Shown: positions 1-10,356, counted from the stretch's first letter. The stretch: 64,000 nt of DNA from Candidatus Pyrohabitans jungbluthii (GCA_002010065.2 MTMD02000008.1:192001-256000); one strand, 5' to 3'. Numbers and translations: made by a program. The notes: generated by a model from the letters alone, not told the origin.

Positions 1-1
1 A

Positions 2-322
2 GACTGCATAGGTCCCAGCACCGGAAAATTCGCCAGCTTGCTTGCCAATGCGGGCATTGCCTGCTCGCTGGTGGTTGAGCATCGCGCTGACGAGCGCTAC
101 CCGATAGTTTCGGCTGCCTCGATAATAGCCAAGGTAATACGCGACCGCAAGCTTGAGATGCTAAAGCAGGAGTACGGCGACTTCGGAAGCGGCTATCCCA
201 GCGACCCACGCACAGTAGCCTTTCTGGAGGAGCACATCAGCAAAGGCCTTCCTCCATTTGTGAGAAACTCCTGGCGCACTCTATCCAGATTTAAAAACCG
301 CAGCTTAGACAGCTTCGAGTAG
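2..322 (+). CDS. rnhB: Ribonuclease HII, C-terminal part (gene starts before the window)
   Basis: EHRADERYPIVSAASIIAKVIRD and DFGSGYPSDP motifs, R-SW, C-terminal PIP-box-like tail; frame is open back to position 2. Confidence 0.93.
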   Translation, partial: DCIGPSTGKFASLLANAGIACSLVVEHRADERYPIVSAASIIAKVIRDRKLEMLKQEYGDFGSGYPSDPRTVAFLEEHISKGLPPFVRNSWRTLSRFKNRSLDSFE

Positions 323-1735
323 CTACTTCTCTTCAAGGCCCACGGCCCTGAAGAATCTGTCTGTAATTGCCTCCTCCGCTAGCTTGAGCAGGGAATCCTT
401 GTCCTTTACCCCGCCAAATAAACCAAGGGGTATCTTCGCCGCCGCCGCAGTGGCATGCCCACCTGCGCTGCCTATATTTCCAAAAGCCTTCTGCATGACC
501 TCACCCAAGTTTATTCTTATATCCTTATTCCTACCCGAGATGTGAATCACATCCCCGCCTATGCCATAGACGAGCACCGTGGAGATGCCCTCAAGACGGA
601 GGAGGTAGTCGGCAGCCTGCGGCAGCGTATCGCGATCCCTGATAAAGCCAACATTGGTGAGGAGGAAGCTGCCCCTTATTTTCCTGTTTCTTATCGCCTC
701 GCTCAGCACATCTAAGGTTTCCGCCGACATCAGTGGAGTCTCAATCTTCAGCAGGAGGTCGTGGTCTGCCTTGGAGTAGAGCAGCGCCACAGCTTGGAGG
801 TCATCGCTGGTTGTGCCCCGGGTAAAATCGTTGGTGTCTGTCTTTATCCCATAGAGCAGTGCCGTAGCAAGCTCAGGGGTTATCTCTATGTTCAGATGGG
901 TAAGGTACTCTGTGAGAATGGTGGAGGTGGCACCCACCTCTGGGCGTATGTCCTTGTACACAGCCACCACCCTGCTCTCATCCACAGGGTGATGGTCTAT
1001 TACTATGTCAGGGGTTATGTTCTTCGGCAAGGAGTTATTCTCTCCGGGTATCGAAGCCTCAATAAGAGCTATCTTGGAGTAGTCGCGAAGGTCACGCACC
1101 TTGGCTATGGGTATGAGCGTTATCCCGAGAAGGTTCACAAGGGCGCGGTTTTCCTCATGACCTATCTCTCCACCGTAGATTATGTCAGCCTTGTTGCCAA
1201 GATGCTCCACAATCTGCTTCAATGAGAGGGCGCTGGCAATCGCATCTGGGTCTGGATTGTCCTGGGTTACTATCGCCACACCCTTTGGAGCCTCTTTTAT
1301 AATCTTCTGGAGCAGTTTGAGCTTCTTCCTCAAACCCAGCTCTTTCAAGGATTTTATCGCCTCCTCGGCGACGACGACGGTGGGGTATACCACAACGTCA
1401 ATGTCAAGCTTCCTGAACTCATCTGCTGTGCTATCCTTGCCGGCGCGGAGAATTATGGGAACTTCTTCGTTAAGCGTCCTCACAGCCTTGGCAGCGCGCT
1501 TGTTCAACTCAACATCTGTGGTTAAAATAAGCACCGCCTCAGCCTTGTCCACATTTGCAGCCTTTAGCGTCGCGACATCTGTTATATCGCCCTTTATCAC
1601 ATTCTCAAAATTCCTCTCCTTCAGGGTCTCTATCCTCTTATCATCCTTGTCGATGATCAGCAGGCTTTTCTTCTGCTCCTGAAGCTTGCTAGCTGCCAAG
1701 TAGCCAGCGGTGCCACAGCCGAGTATTACGTACAT
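323..1735 (-). CDS. TrkA-N (RCK_N) domain + DHH/DHHA1 phosphoesterase
   Basis: N-terminal GCGTAG Rossmann motif, DNPDPDA, IDHH, C-terminal AGGH; start placed at ATG 1735. Confidence 0.88.
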   Translation of the reverse strand: MYVILGCGTAGYLAASKLQEQKKSLLIIDKDDKRIETLKERNFENVIKGDITDVATLKAANVDKAEAVLILTTDVELNKRAAKAVRTLNEEVPIILRAGKDSTADEFRKLDIDVVVYPTVVVAEEAIKSLKELGLRKKLKLLQKIIKEAPKGVAIVTQDNPDPDAIASALSLKQIVEHLGNKADIIYGGEIGHEENRALVNLLGITLIPIAKVRDLRDYSKIALIEASIPGENNSLPKNITPDIVIDHHPVDESRVVAVYKDIRPEVGATSTILTEYLTHLNIEITPELATALLYGIKTDTNDFTRGTTSDDLQAVALLYSKADHDLLLKIETPLMSAETLDVLSEAIRNRKIRGSFLLTNVGFIRDRDTLPQAADYLLRLEGISTVLVYGIGGDVIHISGRNKDIRINLGEVMQKAFGNIGSAGGHATAAAAKIPLGLFGGVKDKDSLLKLAEEAITDRFFRAVGLEEK

Positions 1736-1912
1736 GAAAACCACCTGAAAAAGGCTGGGTGTTAACTTTCATAAACCTTTCGCAGATAAGGTATATAAAA
1801 GGTAGCGAGGAGTTCACCAAACCATGGCTGAATAGTGGCGCACAGAAACCTTTATTAGACTCCCGGGAGTTACTTTTTACCCACACGTTCATTTCTGGAG
1901 GCGTTGAGAAGA

Positions 1913-3049
1913 ATGAAGCTTCTGATTCCTGGTCCGGTAGAGCTGGACAGCGAGGTTCTCCTCGCCATGGCAAAGCCGCTGATGGGTCACCGCACCCCTG
2001 ACTTCGAGGAGATACTCGTGGAATGCTGGCGCCTTCTCAGGGAGGTTTACCAGACGCGCAACGACGTGGCGATCATCACTGGCTCCGGCACCAGCGCCAT
2101 GGAGGCGGCGGTGGCAAGCGTTATCAAGGAGGGCGATGAAGTAATCTCAATTACTGGCGGAAAGTTCGGCGAGCGAATGGGTGAGATAGCCCAAGCTTTT
2201 GGCGCAAAGGTTAGGCGCGTTGATGTTGAGTGGGGAAATACCTTCGCCCTGGAAGATGTAGAGCGTGCTGTTGCTGAGAGCAACGCCGTGGCAATTACGC
2301 TCACCCACAATGAAACCAGCACGGGCGTGGTGCACGACGCAAAGGCGATAGGAAAGCTCGCCAGGGAGTACGACCTCCTTTTCATAGTGGACGGAATAAC
2401 CAGCGTTGGCGGCGATGATGTTAAAACCGACAAGTGGGGCATTGACCTCTGCATCACAGGCTCGCAGAAGTGCCTTGCAGCGCCACCTGGCTTAGGCTTC
2501 GTCGCGGTCAGCGAGCGAGCGTGGGAAGCAATAGAGAACAACCCGCGGAAGCGGGCATATTACCTAGACCTGGCGAAGTACAGGAAGTCGCTGGCAAAGA
2601 ACACTACGCCATTTACACCCTCAGTCACGCTCATCTACGGGCTCTATGCGGCGCTCAAGAAAATAGAGGAGGAAACCCTCGAAGCGAGGATAAAGCGCCA
2701 CCGAACTCTAGCGAAAGCCACCCGCGAAGCTGCGAAGGCCATGAATCTGGAGCTTTTCGCAGCACAGCGCTGCGCCAGCAACACAGTTACGGCGATTAAG
2801 ATCCCATCTGGGCTCACCGACGACGACGTGCGTGGCGCCCTCAAGCGGGAGCATGGCATTCTCGTGGCTGGAGGTCAGGCGCAGCTTAAGGGCAAAATCT
2901 TCCGCATAGGGCACATGGGCAATGTGAGCTTCTCTGACCTGGTGCAGGTGCTCGCAGCGCTGGAGCTTGTGCTGAAAAAGGCAGGACATGAGCTAAAGCC
3001 GGGCGAGGGAGTTGCAGCGGCGGAGCAGGTTTTCGCCTCCCAGAAATGA
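1913..3049 (+). CDS. Class V PLP-dependent aminotransferase (serine-pyruvate / archaeal aspartate or phosphoserine aminotransferase type)
   Basis: LIPGP, HNETSTG, DGITS, GSQKCL (PLP lysine), FRIGHMG. Confidence 0.92.
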   Translation: MKLLIPGPVELDSEVLLAMAKPLMGHRTPDFEEILVECWRLLREVYQTRNDVAIITGSGTSAMEAAVASVIKEGDEVISITGGKFGERMGEIAQAFGAKVRRVDVEWGNTFALEDVERAVAESNAVAITLTHNETSTGVVHDAKAIGKLAREYDLLFIVDGITSVGGDDVKTDKWGIDLCITGSQKCLAAPPGLGFVAVSERAWEAIENNPRKRAYYLDLAKYRKSLAKNTTPFTPSVTLIYGLYAALKKIEEETLEARIKRHRTLAKATREAAKAMNLELFAAQRCASNTVTAIKIPSGLTDDDVRGALKREHGILVAGGQAQLKGKIFRIGHMGNVSFSDLVQVLAALELVLKKAGHELKPGEGVAAAEQVFASQK

Positions 3050-3483
3050 GCAGCACACTCGACGGCTACATCTCAGGTGGTATCTTCTTCCTCTGGGTAG
3101 CGTTGGGCAGCTACGCGCTGCTGAACGCTGAACTAAGCGAGGCTGTCTACCTCTGCGCTGTTATGCTCTCCAGCTTTGCGGTGAATACTCTGCTCAAGCT
3201 GGCTTTCAAAAAGAAGAGACCCCACGAGATAGATGCGCAGAGCAGGAAATTCTATCTAGGTGCGCAGCGCTATGCCTTTCCCAGCGCTCATGTGCAGCTA
3301 GCATTTACAGCGTTTGCCCTGATTCAGGGCTTTTTCCCGTCGCTCTTTACAAAAGCGCTACTTTTAACCCTTGCCACACTTCTCTCCCGCCTCTACCTGG
3401 GCAGGCACTGGTTCAGCGATGTTGTGGCGGGTGCAGCGATTGGTTATGGAGTTGGATACGCCGGGGTCGTAGTGTGGGGTTGA
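3046..3483 (+). CDS. PAP2-family membrane phosphatase
   Basis: KxxxxxxRP, FPSAH, SRLYLGRHWFSDV motifs; ATGA overlap with upstream gene. Confidence 0.9.
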   Translation: MSSTLDGYISGGIFFLWVALGSYALLNAELSEAVYLCAVMLSSFAVNTLLKLAFKKKRPHEIDAQSRKFYLGAQRYAFPSAHVQLAFTAFALIQGFFPSLFTKALLLTLATLLSRLYLGRHWFSDVVAGAAIGYGVGYAGVVVWG

Positions 3484-3748
3484 TCTACACCTTAAGAAGA
3501 CTCCCCTCATGTTCACATCACGCTTGAGAGTAAAATATATAGAGGAGGAGGCTAAAGAAAAAATCAATAAATTTATACTTTCCCTCATTATATCCATCAT
3601 TACAGCCTTCGAATATTTTTAAAAACTAATTTATTGTTAGAAATATAATATTTATGCAAATTATAACTTTATATAAATTTTAGCTAAAATTTTTTCTAAA
3701 ACTATTCTCAAAATTTTGAGAAGTCATCCTTGTCTTCTCTTATGCTAC

Positions 3749-3850
3749 TTACCACCCTCCCCACAGGTATTCTCCGCAATACATGCTCAAGCTCATCAGC
3801 TCATCCCTCAACTCTCTCCCCTCAATCTCCCGCAGTTCTTCTTCACCCAT
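3749..3850 (-). CDS. Putative 33-aa peptide MGEEELREIEGRELRDELMSLSMYCGEYLWGGW
   Basis: Hand-translated ORF 10 nt downstream of the purQ stop, same strand; purine-rich coding-like composition. Confidence 0.45.
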   Translation of the reverse strand: MGEEELREIEGRELRDELMSLSMYCGEYLWGGW

Positions 3851-3860
3851 ATGGGCACAC

Positions 3861-4661
3861 TTAAAACCTCTCAACTATATACACCAGCATCCCCTCAAAA
3901 ATCGCGTAGCCATCGCCTTTTGCTTCGTTGTTTCCGCGGGTCCAGTCCGGGTACATATAGCGATAAAACGCCCTCTCTGGATGGGGCATCATCCCGAGTA
4001 TTGTGCCCTCCGGCGAGGTTAAACCTGCGATATCGGCATAGCTACCGCTGGGGTTGAGGGGATATTCCCCCTGAGCAACTTCGCCTTCCGCAGAGCAATA
4101 GCGAAGCGCCACCTGGTGATTCTCCTCAAGCTGCGCGAGCATGCGCTTCTCTTCGCCCAGAGGCAGCACTACTCTACCTTCGGCGTTTGCCACCGGCATT
4201 CGGGAGACGTTCTTAAGCTTTAGGGTAAAAAGTGAGGAGTTGCACTTGCGCAGGTAAACCCACCTGTCCTCGAAGCGCGCTGAGGCGTTCTTCGCCAGCG
4301 CAAGCGTTGGTTCGCCTACTTCTCCAAAGGGGAGAAGACCCGACTCTATGAGCACCTGAAAGCCGTTGCATATCCCCAGGATAGGCTTTCCCTCGTCCAC
4401 AAAGCTTTGAAGCTCTCGTCTAAGGCTGTAGCTCAGCATCTTTCCAAATATAGCGCCGCTACGAATGCGGTCACCGAAGGAGAAGCCGCCCGGAATAACC
4501 AGACCATGAAACTCTTCAAGGGAGCGTTTTCCTTTTATGAACCTGTTGACGTGCACCACCTCAGCCTTCGCCCCAAGTTCTACGATTGCCGCCGCCGTTT
4601 CTGCGTCGCAATTTGTGCCCGGGCCGCGCATCACTAGCACGCGAGCTTCGCTGAGCTTCAC
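3861..4661 (-). CDS. purQ: FGAM synthase glutaminase subunit PurQ
   Basis: PGTNCD, PGGFSFGD, GICNGFQ, MMPHPER. Confidence 0.97.
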   Translation of the reverse strand: MKLSEARVLVMRGPGTNCDAETAAAIVELGAKAEVVHVNRFIKGKRSLEEFHGLVIPGGFSFGDRIRSGAIFGKMLSYSLRRELQSFVDEGKPILGICNGFQVLIESGLLPFGEVGEPTLALAKNASARFEDRWVYLRKCNSSLFTLKLKNVSRMPVANAEGRVVLPLGEEKRMLAQLEENHQVALRYCSAEGEVAQGEYPLNPSGSYADIAGLTSPEGTILGMMPHPERAFYRYMYPDWTRGNNEAKGDGYAIFEGMLVYIVERF

Positions 4662-6994
4662 AGCCTCACCCCGCTCTGCCAGCTCTCCTTTAGCTCCCTT
4701 ATACCCTCGCGGAGAAGCTCCTCACCAAGGTGCGTCACCACCACCTCATCGCCGCCAGTTTCGCCTATTTTAGCAAAGGTTACGCCATTCATCAGTGCTT
4801 CAAACTCCTGTGCCTTGCTTGGTGGCACCTCGACAAGGAAGCGGGAGTTGCTCTCAGAGAAGAGTATAAAATCATGGCGCATCGTTTGCGATGTTGGGAC
4901 AAGCGAAAGCTCAACCTCTGCGCCTACGTTGCCTGAGAAGCACATCTCCGCAAGGGCAACAGCTAAGCCTCCCTCGCTCAGGTCATGGCACGCTTTAACC
5001 AAACCTGCGTCTATTGCTCTGGTGAGGGCTTCAAAAGTGCGCTTGGCTTTAGAAGGCTCTACCTTAGGCACGCTCTTGCCCAGAAAACCCTTGAGCTTGT
5101 AGTAGTGCGAGCCTCCAAGCTCTGGCTTTGTCTCACCAAGGATGTAGATATAGCTTCCCTCGCGCTTGAAATCCATGCTCACAGTCCTGCGCACATCCGG
5201 AACAATGCCCAGGGCGGAGATCAAAAGTGTGGGTGTGACCCCCCCGAGGGGCGACTCGTTGTAGAGGGAGTCCTTGCCGGAGATGAAGGGCGTTTCATAG
5301 GCTCTGGCAATGTCGTAGCAGGCTTTGGCTGCCCTGACGAGGGTACCTAAGTTTTCGGGCTTCTCCGGGTTGCCCCAGCAGAAGTTGTCCAGAAGCGCTA
5401 TCCTGCGACCTCCCACGGCGATGTTGTTGCGTATAGCCTCGTCTATGGCTGAGGCTGCCATCCAGTACGCGTCTATCTTGCCATACTCGGGGTTCAGTCC
5501 GTTGGAAATAGCTATGCCCTTCCAGGAGTTGCGCAGCGGCTTGAGCACCGCCGCATCTCCTGGACCGTCGCAGGCTTCGCCCTGGAGTGGCTTCAGCACC
5601 GTCGCCGCCTTCACCTCATGGTCGTATGTGCGGATAACACTTTCCTTGCTCGCCACATTGGGCATCGCTAGGATGCGGTGCAGGTCCTCGCCAAGCCTGC
5701 CCGGCTCGAAGCTGGGTTCGCTGAGCTCAGGTGGCGACCACCTCGCGGTGCGCCTCACGCGGGGCAAGCCCTCGAAGAGGAACTCCACGTCCAGCTCCGC
5801 CACCTTTTCATCGTGATAGTAAATCTCAAGCCTGCGCTCGGGTATAAGCTCGCCTATCGCAGTGGCTTCAACCTCCTCATCGGCAAAAATCTCCAGCACG
5901 CGGTCAAGATTTGAAGGGGGCACAATCAGGAGCATCCTCTCCTGGGATTCAGAAACCCAGATCTCCCAGGGCTTCATGTTCTCGTACTTTAAGGGCACCC
6001 GCTCCAGGTGCACCCTCGCTCCACACCCGAAGCGATGAGCCTGCTCGCCTATTGCGCTGCTCAGCCCGCCTCCACCCAAATCAGTGATTGCGCTTCCAAG
6101 CTCAGCCTCACGCACTTTAAGTATCGCCCGCTTTATCTTCTCCTCCTCTATGGGATCGCCTATTTGCACGGCGGTGCCAAAAATCTCCTCGGCGCCCTCC
6201 TCAAGCTCTGAGCTTGCAAAAGTCACGCCATGTATGCCATCTCTGCCGGTGCGCCCTCCCACGAGAAGAAGCACATCCCCTGGCTTTGCCTCGCGCTTGT
6301 ACTTGCTCTTCTTGACTATGCCCACGGTGCCGCAGTAAACCAGGGGGTTGCCCACATAGCTCTCATCGAAGAATATGGCGCCGTTGACAGTGGGTATGCC
6401 CATGTTGTTTCCGTAGCTTCCTATCCCGGCTACGACGTAGGTGAAGATGAACCGCGGATGCCTCATTCCTTCTGGCAGCTTCTCGTAGGGGTAGTCGAGG
6501 GGACCAAAGCACAGCACGTCGGTATTTGCTATGGGCTCGCCCCATACGCCGAGAACATCGCGAATAACCCCGCCAACACCAGTGGCGGCGCCGCCAAAGG
6601 GCTCAATTGCACTTGGGTGGTTGTGCGTCTCCACCTTGAAGGCTATGGCGTAGTCGCCTTCAAAATCCACAATGCCCGCGTTGTCTTCAAATACTGAGAA
6701 GCACCACTCCGGCGAAAGCTCTCGCGTGACCCTTGCGACGGTGCTTTTAAGCAAGCCGTCTATCTCCTCACCGTCATAGAGGATTATGCCCTTAAACGTC
6801 TTGTGCACACAGTGCTCGCTCCAGGTCTGGGCAAAAGTTTCAAGCTCCACGTCAGTAGGCTCTCGCCCCAGCTTGCGGTAGTACTCCTGTATCCGCCTCA
6901 TCTCCTCCAGGTTCAGAGCGAGCTGACGGTGCTCACTTATCCTAAGAAGCTCCTCTTCGCTCGCGTTGAGCAGGGGGATTACCTCAGCACTCAG
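4658..6994 (-). CDS. purL: FGAM synthase synthetase subunit PurL (probable CTG start at 6994; first ATG at 6901)
   Basis: WSEHC, ETHNHPS, GGAATGVGG, GRDGIHG, SESQERM; in-frame upstream extension of 31 codons. Confidence 0.95.
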   Translation of the reverse strand: MSAEVIPLLNASEEELLRISEHRQLALNLEEMRRIQEYYRKLGREPTDVELETFAQTWSEHCVHKTFKGIILYDGEEIDGLLKSTVARVTRELSPEWCFSVFEDNAGIVDFEGDYAIAFKVETHNHPSAIEPFGGAATGVGGVIRDVLGVWGEPIANTDVLCFGPLDYPYEKLPEGMRHPRFIFTYVVAGIGSYGNNMGIPTVNGAIFFDESYVGNPLVYCGTVGIVKKSKYKREAKPGDVLLLVGGRTGRDGIHGVTFASSELEEGAEEIFGTAVQIGDPIEEEKIKRAILKVREAELGSAITDLGGGGLSSAIGEQAHRFGCGARVHLERVPLKYENMKPWEIWVSESQERMLLIVPPSNLDRVLEIFADEEVEATAIGELIPERRLEIYYHDEKVAELDVEFLFEGLPRVRRTARWSPPELSEPSFEPGRLGEDLHRILAMPNVASKESVIRTYDHEVKAATVLKPLQGEACDGPGDAAVLKPLRNSWKGIAISNGLNPEYGKIDAYWMAASAIDEAIRNNIAVGGRRIALLDNFCWGNPEKPENLGTLVRAAKACYDIARAYETPFISGKDSLYNESPLGGVTPTLLISALGIVPDVRRTVSMDFKREGSYIYILGETKPELGGSHYYKLKGFLGKSVPKVEPSKAKRTFEALTRAIDAGLVKACHDLSEGGLAVALAEMCFSGNVGAEVELSLVPTSQTMRHDFILFSESNSRFLVEVPPSKAQEFEALMNGVTFAKIGETGGDEVVVTHLGEELLREGIRELKESWQSGVRL

Positions 6995-6995
6995 G

Positions 6996-7223
6996 TTAAT
7001 CCACCCTCCTTATCTCGTAATCCTGACTCACGGGGTTAGCTAAGAGCCGGCGGCACATCTTCTCCACATCTTCTCGCGAGTAGTCGCCCTCGATTATAAA
7101 CAGCTTTGCGGTGTGCACATCTTTAACCCTATCGAAGCCCAGCATCTTCAGTGCATACAGCGTGGACTCGCCCTCTGGGTCCTGCACCCCCCGCTTATAG
7201 GAAACCCGAACCTCCCACTTCAT
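6996..7223 (-). CDS. purS: FGAM synthase subunit PurS
   Basis: [17 protein letters not shown]; ATGA overlap with hom stop. Confidence 0.95.
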   Translation of the reverse strand: MKWEVRVSYKRGVQDPEGESTLYALKMLGFDRVKDVHTAKLFIIEGDYSREDVEKMCRRLLANPVSQDYEIRRVD

Positions 7224-8236
7224 TGTCCTGCCCCCCTCTTCTTCCATATGGCGATTATATCACTGAGTATTGCGCTCTGCGTCTCTATGGCACCTGCCCC
7301 CTTACCCACGACGGTTATCTCGCCCGCGACGTCGCAGTGGAGCATGGCAACGTTGAGAGCGCCGTCCACATTGAGGGGGTGCGTCTCGGGAATAAGCCTG
7401 GGAGAAACTTCGAGATGGTTGTTCCTTACCTCGCCTATGAGCTTTATCACATATCCTCTCTCCTTGGCTAGGCGAATCGCCTCAGGGGTTATTCGAGTTA
7501 TACCCCTTGTCTTAACATCGCTAAAGGTGGCATCTATGCCCATTATCGCATTCGCAAGTATCACCAGCTTGCTGGCTGTGTCTATGCCCTCAATGTCATA
7601 CGTGGGGTCGGTCTCAGCATAGCCAAGCTCCTGCGCCTCCTTGAGCACCTGCTCGAAGCTTAGCCCCTCGCGCGTCATTCGGGAGAGGATGTAGTTGGTT
7701 GTGCCGTTGAGTATTCCCTCTATCGCCGTAATTTTATCACCGCTTAGCGTCTCCCTCGCCAAGTTTATCACCGGCATTGCTCCGCCCACGCTGGCCTCGA
7801 AGCGGAACTCCACGTTATTTCGTGCTGCCTCTGTAACCAGCTCTTTATATTTAAGCGCAAGCGGCCCCTTATTAGAGGTTACCACGTGCTTCCCAGCCTT
7901 AAAGCCAGCGAGCATGTGGCTGAGCCCTGGCTCGCCCGTCTTTATATTTGAAGGCGTGGCCTCGATTACCAAGTCGGCGTCTATCTCCTCGATCGCCTCT
8001 ATGCCAGTCATCTCCTTTGCTCCGGGGTAGTTGACTATTGCTCTGGTTTGCCTCGCAACGCTGAGTGCCTTCTCTAAGTCGAGTCCCTCTTCAGCGTAGG
8101 CGGTGCCGCTTATGTCGGTTATCGAAACCACCTTAACCTCGAGGGAGTAGCGCTGCTTTAGCTCCTCCCGTTTGCGAAGCAGCACCTCTGCAAGACCCTG
8201 ACCTATGACACCAAAGCCGATAATCTGGACGCGCAT
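7220..8236 (-). CDS. hom: Homoserine dehydrogenase
   Basis: [47 protein letters not shown]. Confidence 0.97.
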   Translation of the reverse strand: MRVQIIGFGVIGQGLAEVLLRKREELKQRYSLEVKVVSITDISGTAYAEEGLDLEKALSVARQTRAIVNYPGAKEMTGIEAIEEIDADLVIEATPSNIKTGEPGLSHMLAGFKAGKHVVTSNKGPLALKYKELVTEAARNNVEFRFEASVGGAMPVINLARETLSGDKITAIEGILNGTTNYILSRMTREGLSFEQVLKEAQELGYAETDPTYDIEGIDTASKLVILANAIMGIDATFSDVKTRGITRITPEAIRLAKERGYVIKLIGEVRNNHLEVSPRLIPETHPLNVDGALNVAMLHCDVAGEITVVGKGAGAIETQSAILSDIIAIWKKRGAGQ

Positions 8237-8237
8237 G

Positions 8238-8747
8238 CTATACCTCCAGGCTTCTGACTATCTCCAGGTTCTTCTCCTTTGCTATGGAATAGATCCTCTC
8301 CATTACCCTGCGCCTGTCCACACCTTGGGAAACTTCTATATCCACTATAGCTGAGGACTCCTTATCAGGGTGGGGCATCGCAAGGCTGAGGTCAGAGACC
8401 ATAACTCCTTCAAGCTCGTTTATCCTGTCTATTGTGTCGCGGAGGTCAGTATCTACGACATGCCCAATCATGAGCAGGGTTATCCTCTCCTTCTTGGTTA
8501 CCTCTCCAAGCTTTGTCACACGCACCCCTTGCTCTTCGAGTTCATTTATAATGCGCTCCAGGCTTGCCTCGTCTGGCACGTCGATGGTGAAGTGCACAGG
8601 CACTCGCCCTGAGCGGAGCTTCTCCTCTTCGCGCAGGTGGATTATGCTTATCACATTACCGCCGTACCTTGAGATCGGCTCCAGCGCGAGCAGAAGCTGC
8701 CCTGGCGTATCCTTCAGCTCAAGATCAACGCTAACCCTCATGTCCAT
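8238..8747 (-). CDS. ACT-domain protein, allosteric partner of homoserine dehydrogenase
   Basis: ELKDTPGQL...[12 protein letters not shown] signature, [17 protein letters not shown]; directly upstream of hom. Confidence 0.88.
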   Translation of the reverse strand: MDMRVSVDLELKDTPGQLLLALEPISRYGGNVISIIHLREEEKLRSGRVPVHFTIDVPDEASLERIINELEEQGVRVTKLGEVTKKERITLLMIGHVVDTDLRDTIDRINELEGVMVSDLSLAMPHPDKESSAIVDIEVSQGVDRRRVMERIYSIAKEKNLEIVRSLEV

Positions 8748-9292
8748 CACCACAGTTTTCCTTCTTCTCCCCATAAGCCGGAGAAGAGATTCTCCTCCTC
8801 TTCCTTGTAAACCTCTGGTTTTGTTTCTCTCTTTTTCTGCTTTTGGGCACGCCTCCTCTTCTTTATGCCCCTGTCAGCAAACTTTAAAAGAGTGCCGTAG
8901 TCCTCGAGAAGGTGCTCAAGACTGTGAAGCGAGATGTTCTGGGTGAAGCGCTTGTGGGTCTCGTACACCTCGCCGGTAAACTCTCTAATCGCCTCCTTCA
9001 TCTCAGAAAAGGTGGCATGGTCAGTGAGGTTGAAGAGGAAGTCTTTATCCAGGTAGCGGCAGAAGTCGAGAATGAAGGTTTGCACAACGTAGCGGGCGGC
9101 ATAGCTATCGCGGTCCATGCCGGAGATTATCCTGATGAAAAGCTTTATCTGCTCCTCCACCGCCTCCCGAGAGGTGATGTCGGCGAAGAATCTGTTGCCC
9201 TTTCGTAGCGAGGTGAACTCGTCTCTTCCCTGAGCAGAAGTTTCTACCTCATATGCGCGAAGCGCTTGCTTAAACTCCTCTTCGCCGAACAT
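8747..9292 (-). CDS. Hypothetical helical protein with charged C-terminal tail
   Basis: Long ORF filling the hypE-ACT gap, TGATG coupling to the ACT gene; no family recognised. Confidence 0.7.
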   Translation of the reverse strand: MFGEEEFKQALRAYEVETSAQGRDEFTSLRKGNRFFADITSREAVEEQIKLFIRIISGMDRDSYAARYVVQTFILDFCRYLDKDFLFNLTDHATFSEMKEAIREFTGEVYETHKRFTQNISLHSLEHLLEDYGTLLKFADRGIKKRRRAQKQKKRETKPEVYKEEEENLFSGLWGEEGKLW

Positions 9293-9336
9293 GCAAGAGA
9301 ATTTTGGGGGCAGGGAATATATAATTTCCGGATGGC

Positions 9337-10356
9337 TCAGCAAATCCTGGGCACCGGGTCTGCCAGAGGCCAGTCCAGGATTCTCTTCCCGCCGATCTCT
9401 GTCTCCATTACCACCCTCTTTGGGTGCTCAGAGGTGACCTCCCCTATTATCGCCGCGTTTTTCCCGACTTTTGTGGAGCGAACTGCGCTGAGCACCTCCT
9501 CCGCCTTTTCTCTCTCCACGGCGATTAGCGCTTTGCCCTCGTTGCCCACGCTCAGGGGGTCTATGCCCAGAAGCTCACACGCAGAAAGCACCTCTTCGCG
9601 AATTGGCAGGTCGCTTTCCCGGATTACTATGCCCACATTAGCTTTGGCAGCCCACTCGTTAAGCGCACTCGCGACACCGCCTCGAGTGGGGTCCTTCATC
9701 GCCTTTACCCCGCCTACCCTGAGGGCGCGCTCTACCGCAGGCCATACGGGGGCGACGTCCGACTCAAGCGTTGTCTCAAACTCAAACCCCTCGCGGAAGG
9801 CGAGCAGCGCAGTGCCATGGTCGCCTATAGTGCCGGTGATTATAATCACATCCCCAGGCTCAACACCGGCGTCGGTTATCACCCTTCCCCTTTCAGTTAT
9901 CCCCACGCCTGTAGTGGTGACCACCAGCTTATCCAGCTTTCCTCTCTCCACCACCTTGGTGTCACCTGTGACTATCGCCACGCCGCACTCGCGAGCGGCG
10001 GCATCCATGCTCTTTATAACCTTTTCAAGTTCCTCTTTGGGCAAGCCTTCCTCTATCACCAGCGCCGAGGCTATAGCGAGAGGCTTTGCTCCCATTACCG
10101 CAACGTCGTTAGCCGTGCCGTACACCGCAAGTTTGCCAATATCGCCACCCGGAAAGAAGAGGGGCGAGACGGTGTGCGCGTCGGTGGCGATAACAATCTC
10201 GTAGTCGCCCACGCGGAGCGAAGCGCCGTCATCGAGGGCTTCTAAGCCAACTCCTCCAGCATTCTTGTTTGTTATATTCGCGGCTATCACCTGCTCTATC
10301 AGCTCCTCCATAAGTCTGCCACCGGCGCCGTGGGCGAGAGTAATCTCTTCACTCAA
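9337..10356 (-). CDS. hypE: Hydrogenase maturation carbamoyl dehydratase HypE
   Basis: ITLAHGAGG, GGDIGKLAV-GTAND, GDTKVV, DPTRGG, C-terminal PRIC. Confidence 0.96.
   Translation of the reverse strand: MSEEITLAHGAGGRLMEELIEQVIAANITNKNAGGVGLEALDDGASLRVGDYEIVIATDAHTVSPLFFPGGDIGKLAVYGTANDVAVMGAKPLAIASALVIEEGLPKEELEKVIKSMDAAARECGVAIVTGDTKVVERGKLDKLVVTTTGVGITERGRVITDAGVEPGDVIIITGTIGDHGTALLAFREGFEFETTLESDVAPVWPAVERALRVGGVKAMKDPTRGGVASALNEWAAKANVGIVIRESDLPIREEVLSACELLGIDPLSVGNEGKALIAVEREKAEEVLSAVRSTKVGKNAAIIGEVTSEHPKRVVMETEIGGKRILDWPLADPVPRIC

Noticed and set aside
3600-3720. Replication origin
   Set aside because: AT-rich but no ORB repeats with G-strings and no cdc6/orc1 nearby
9266-10204. 312-aa + strand ORF
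   Set aside because: Antisense shadow of hypE
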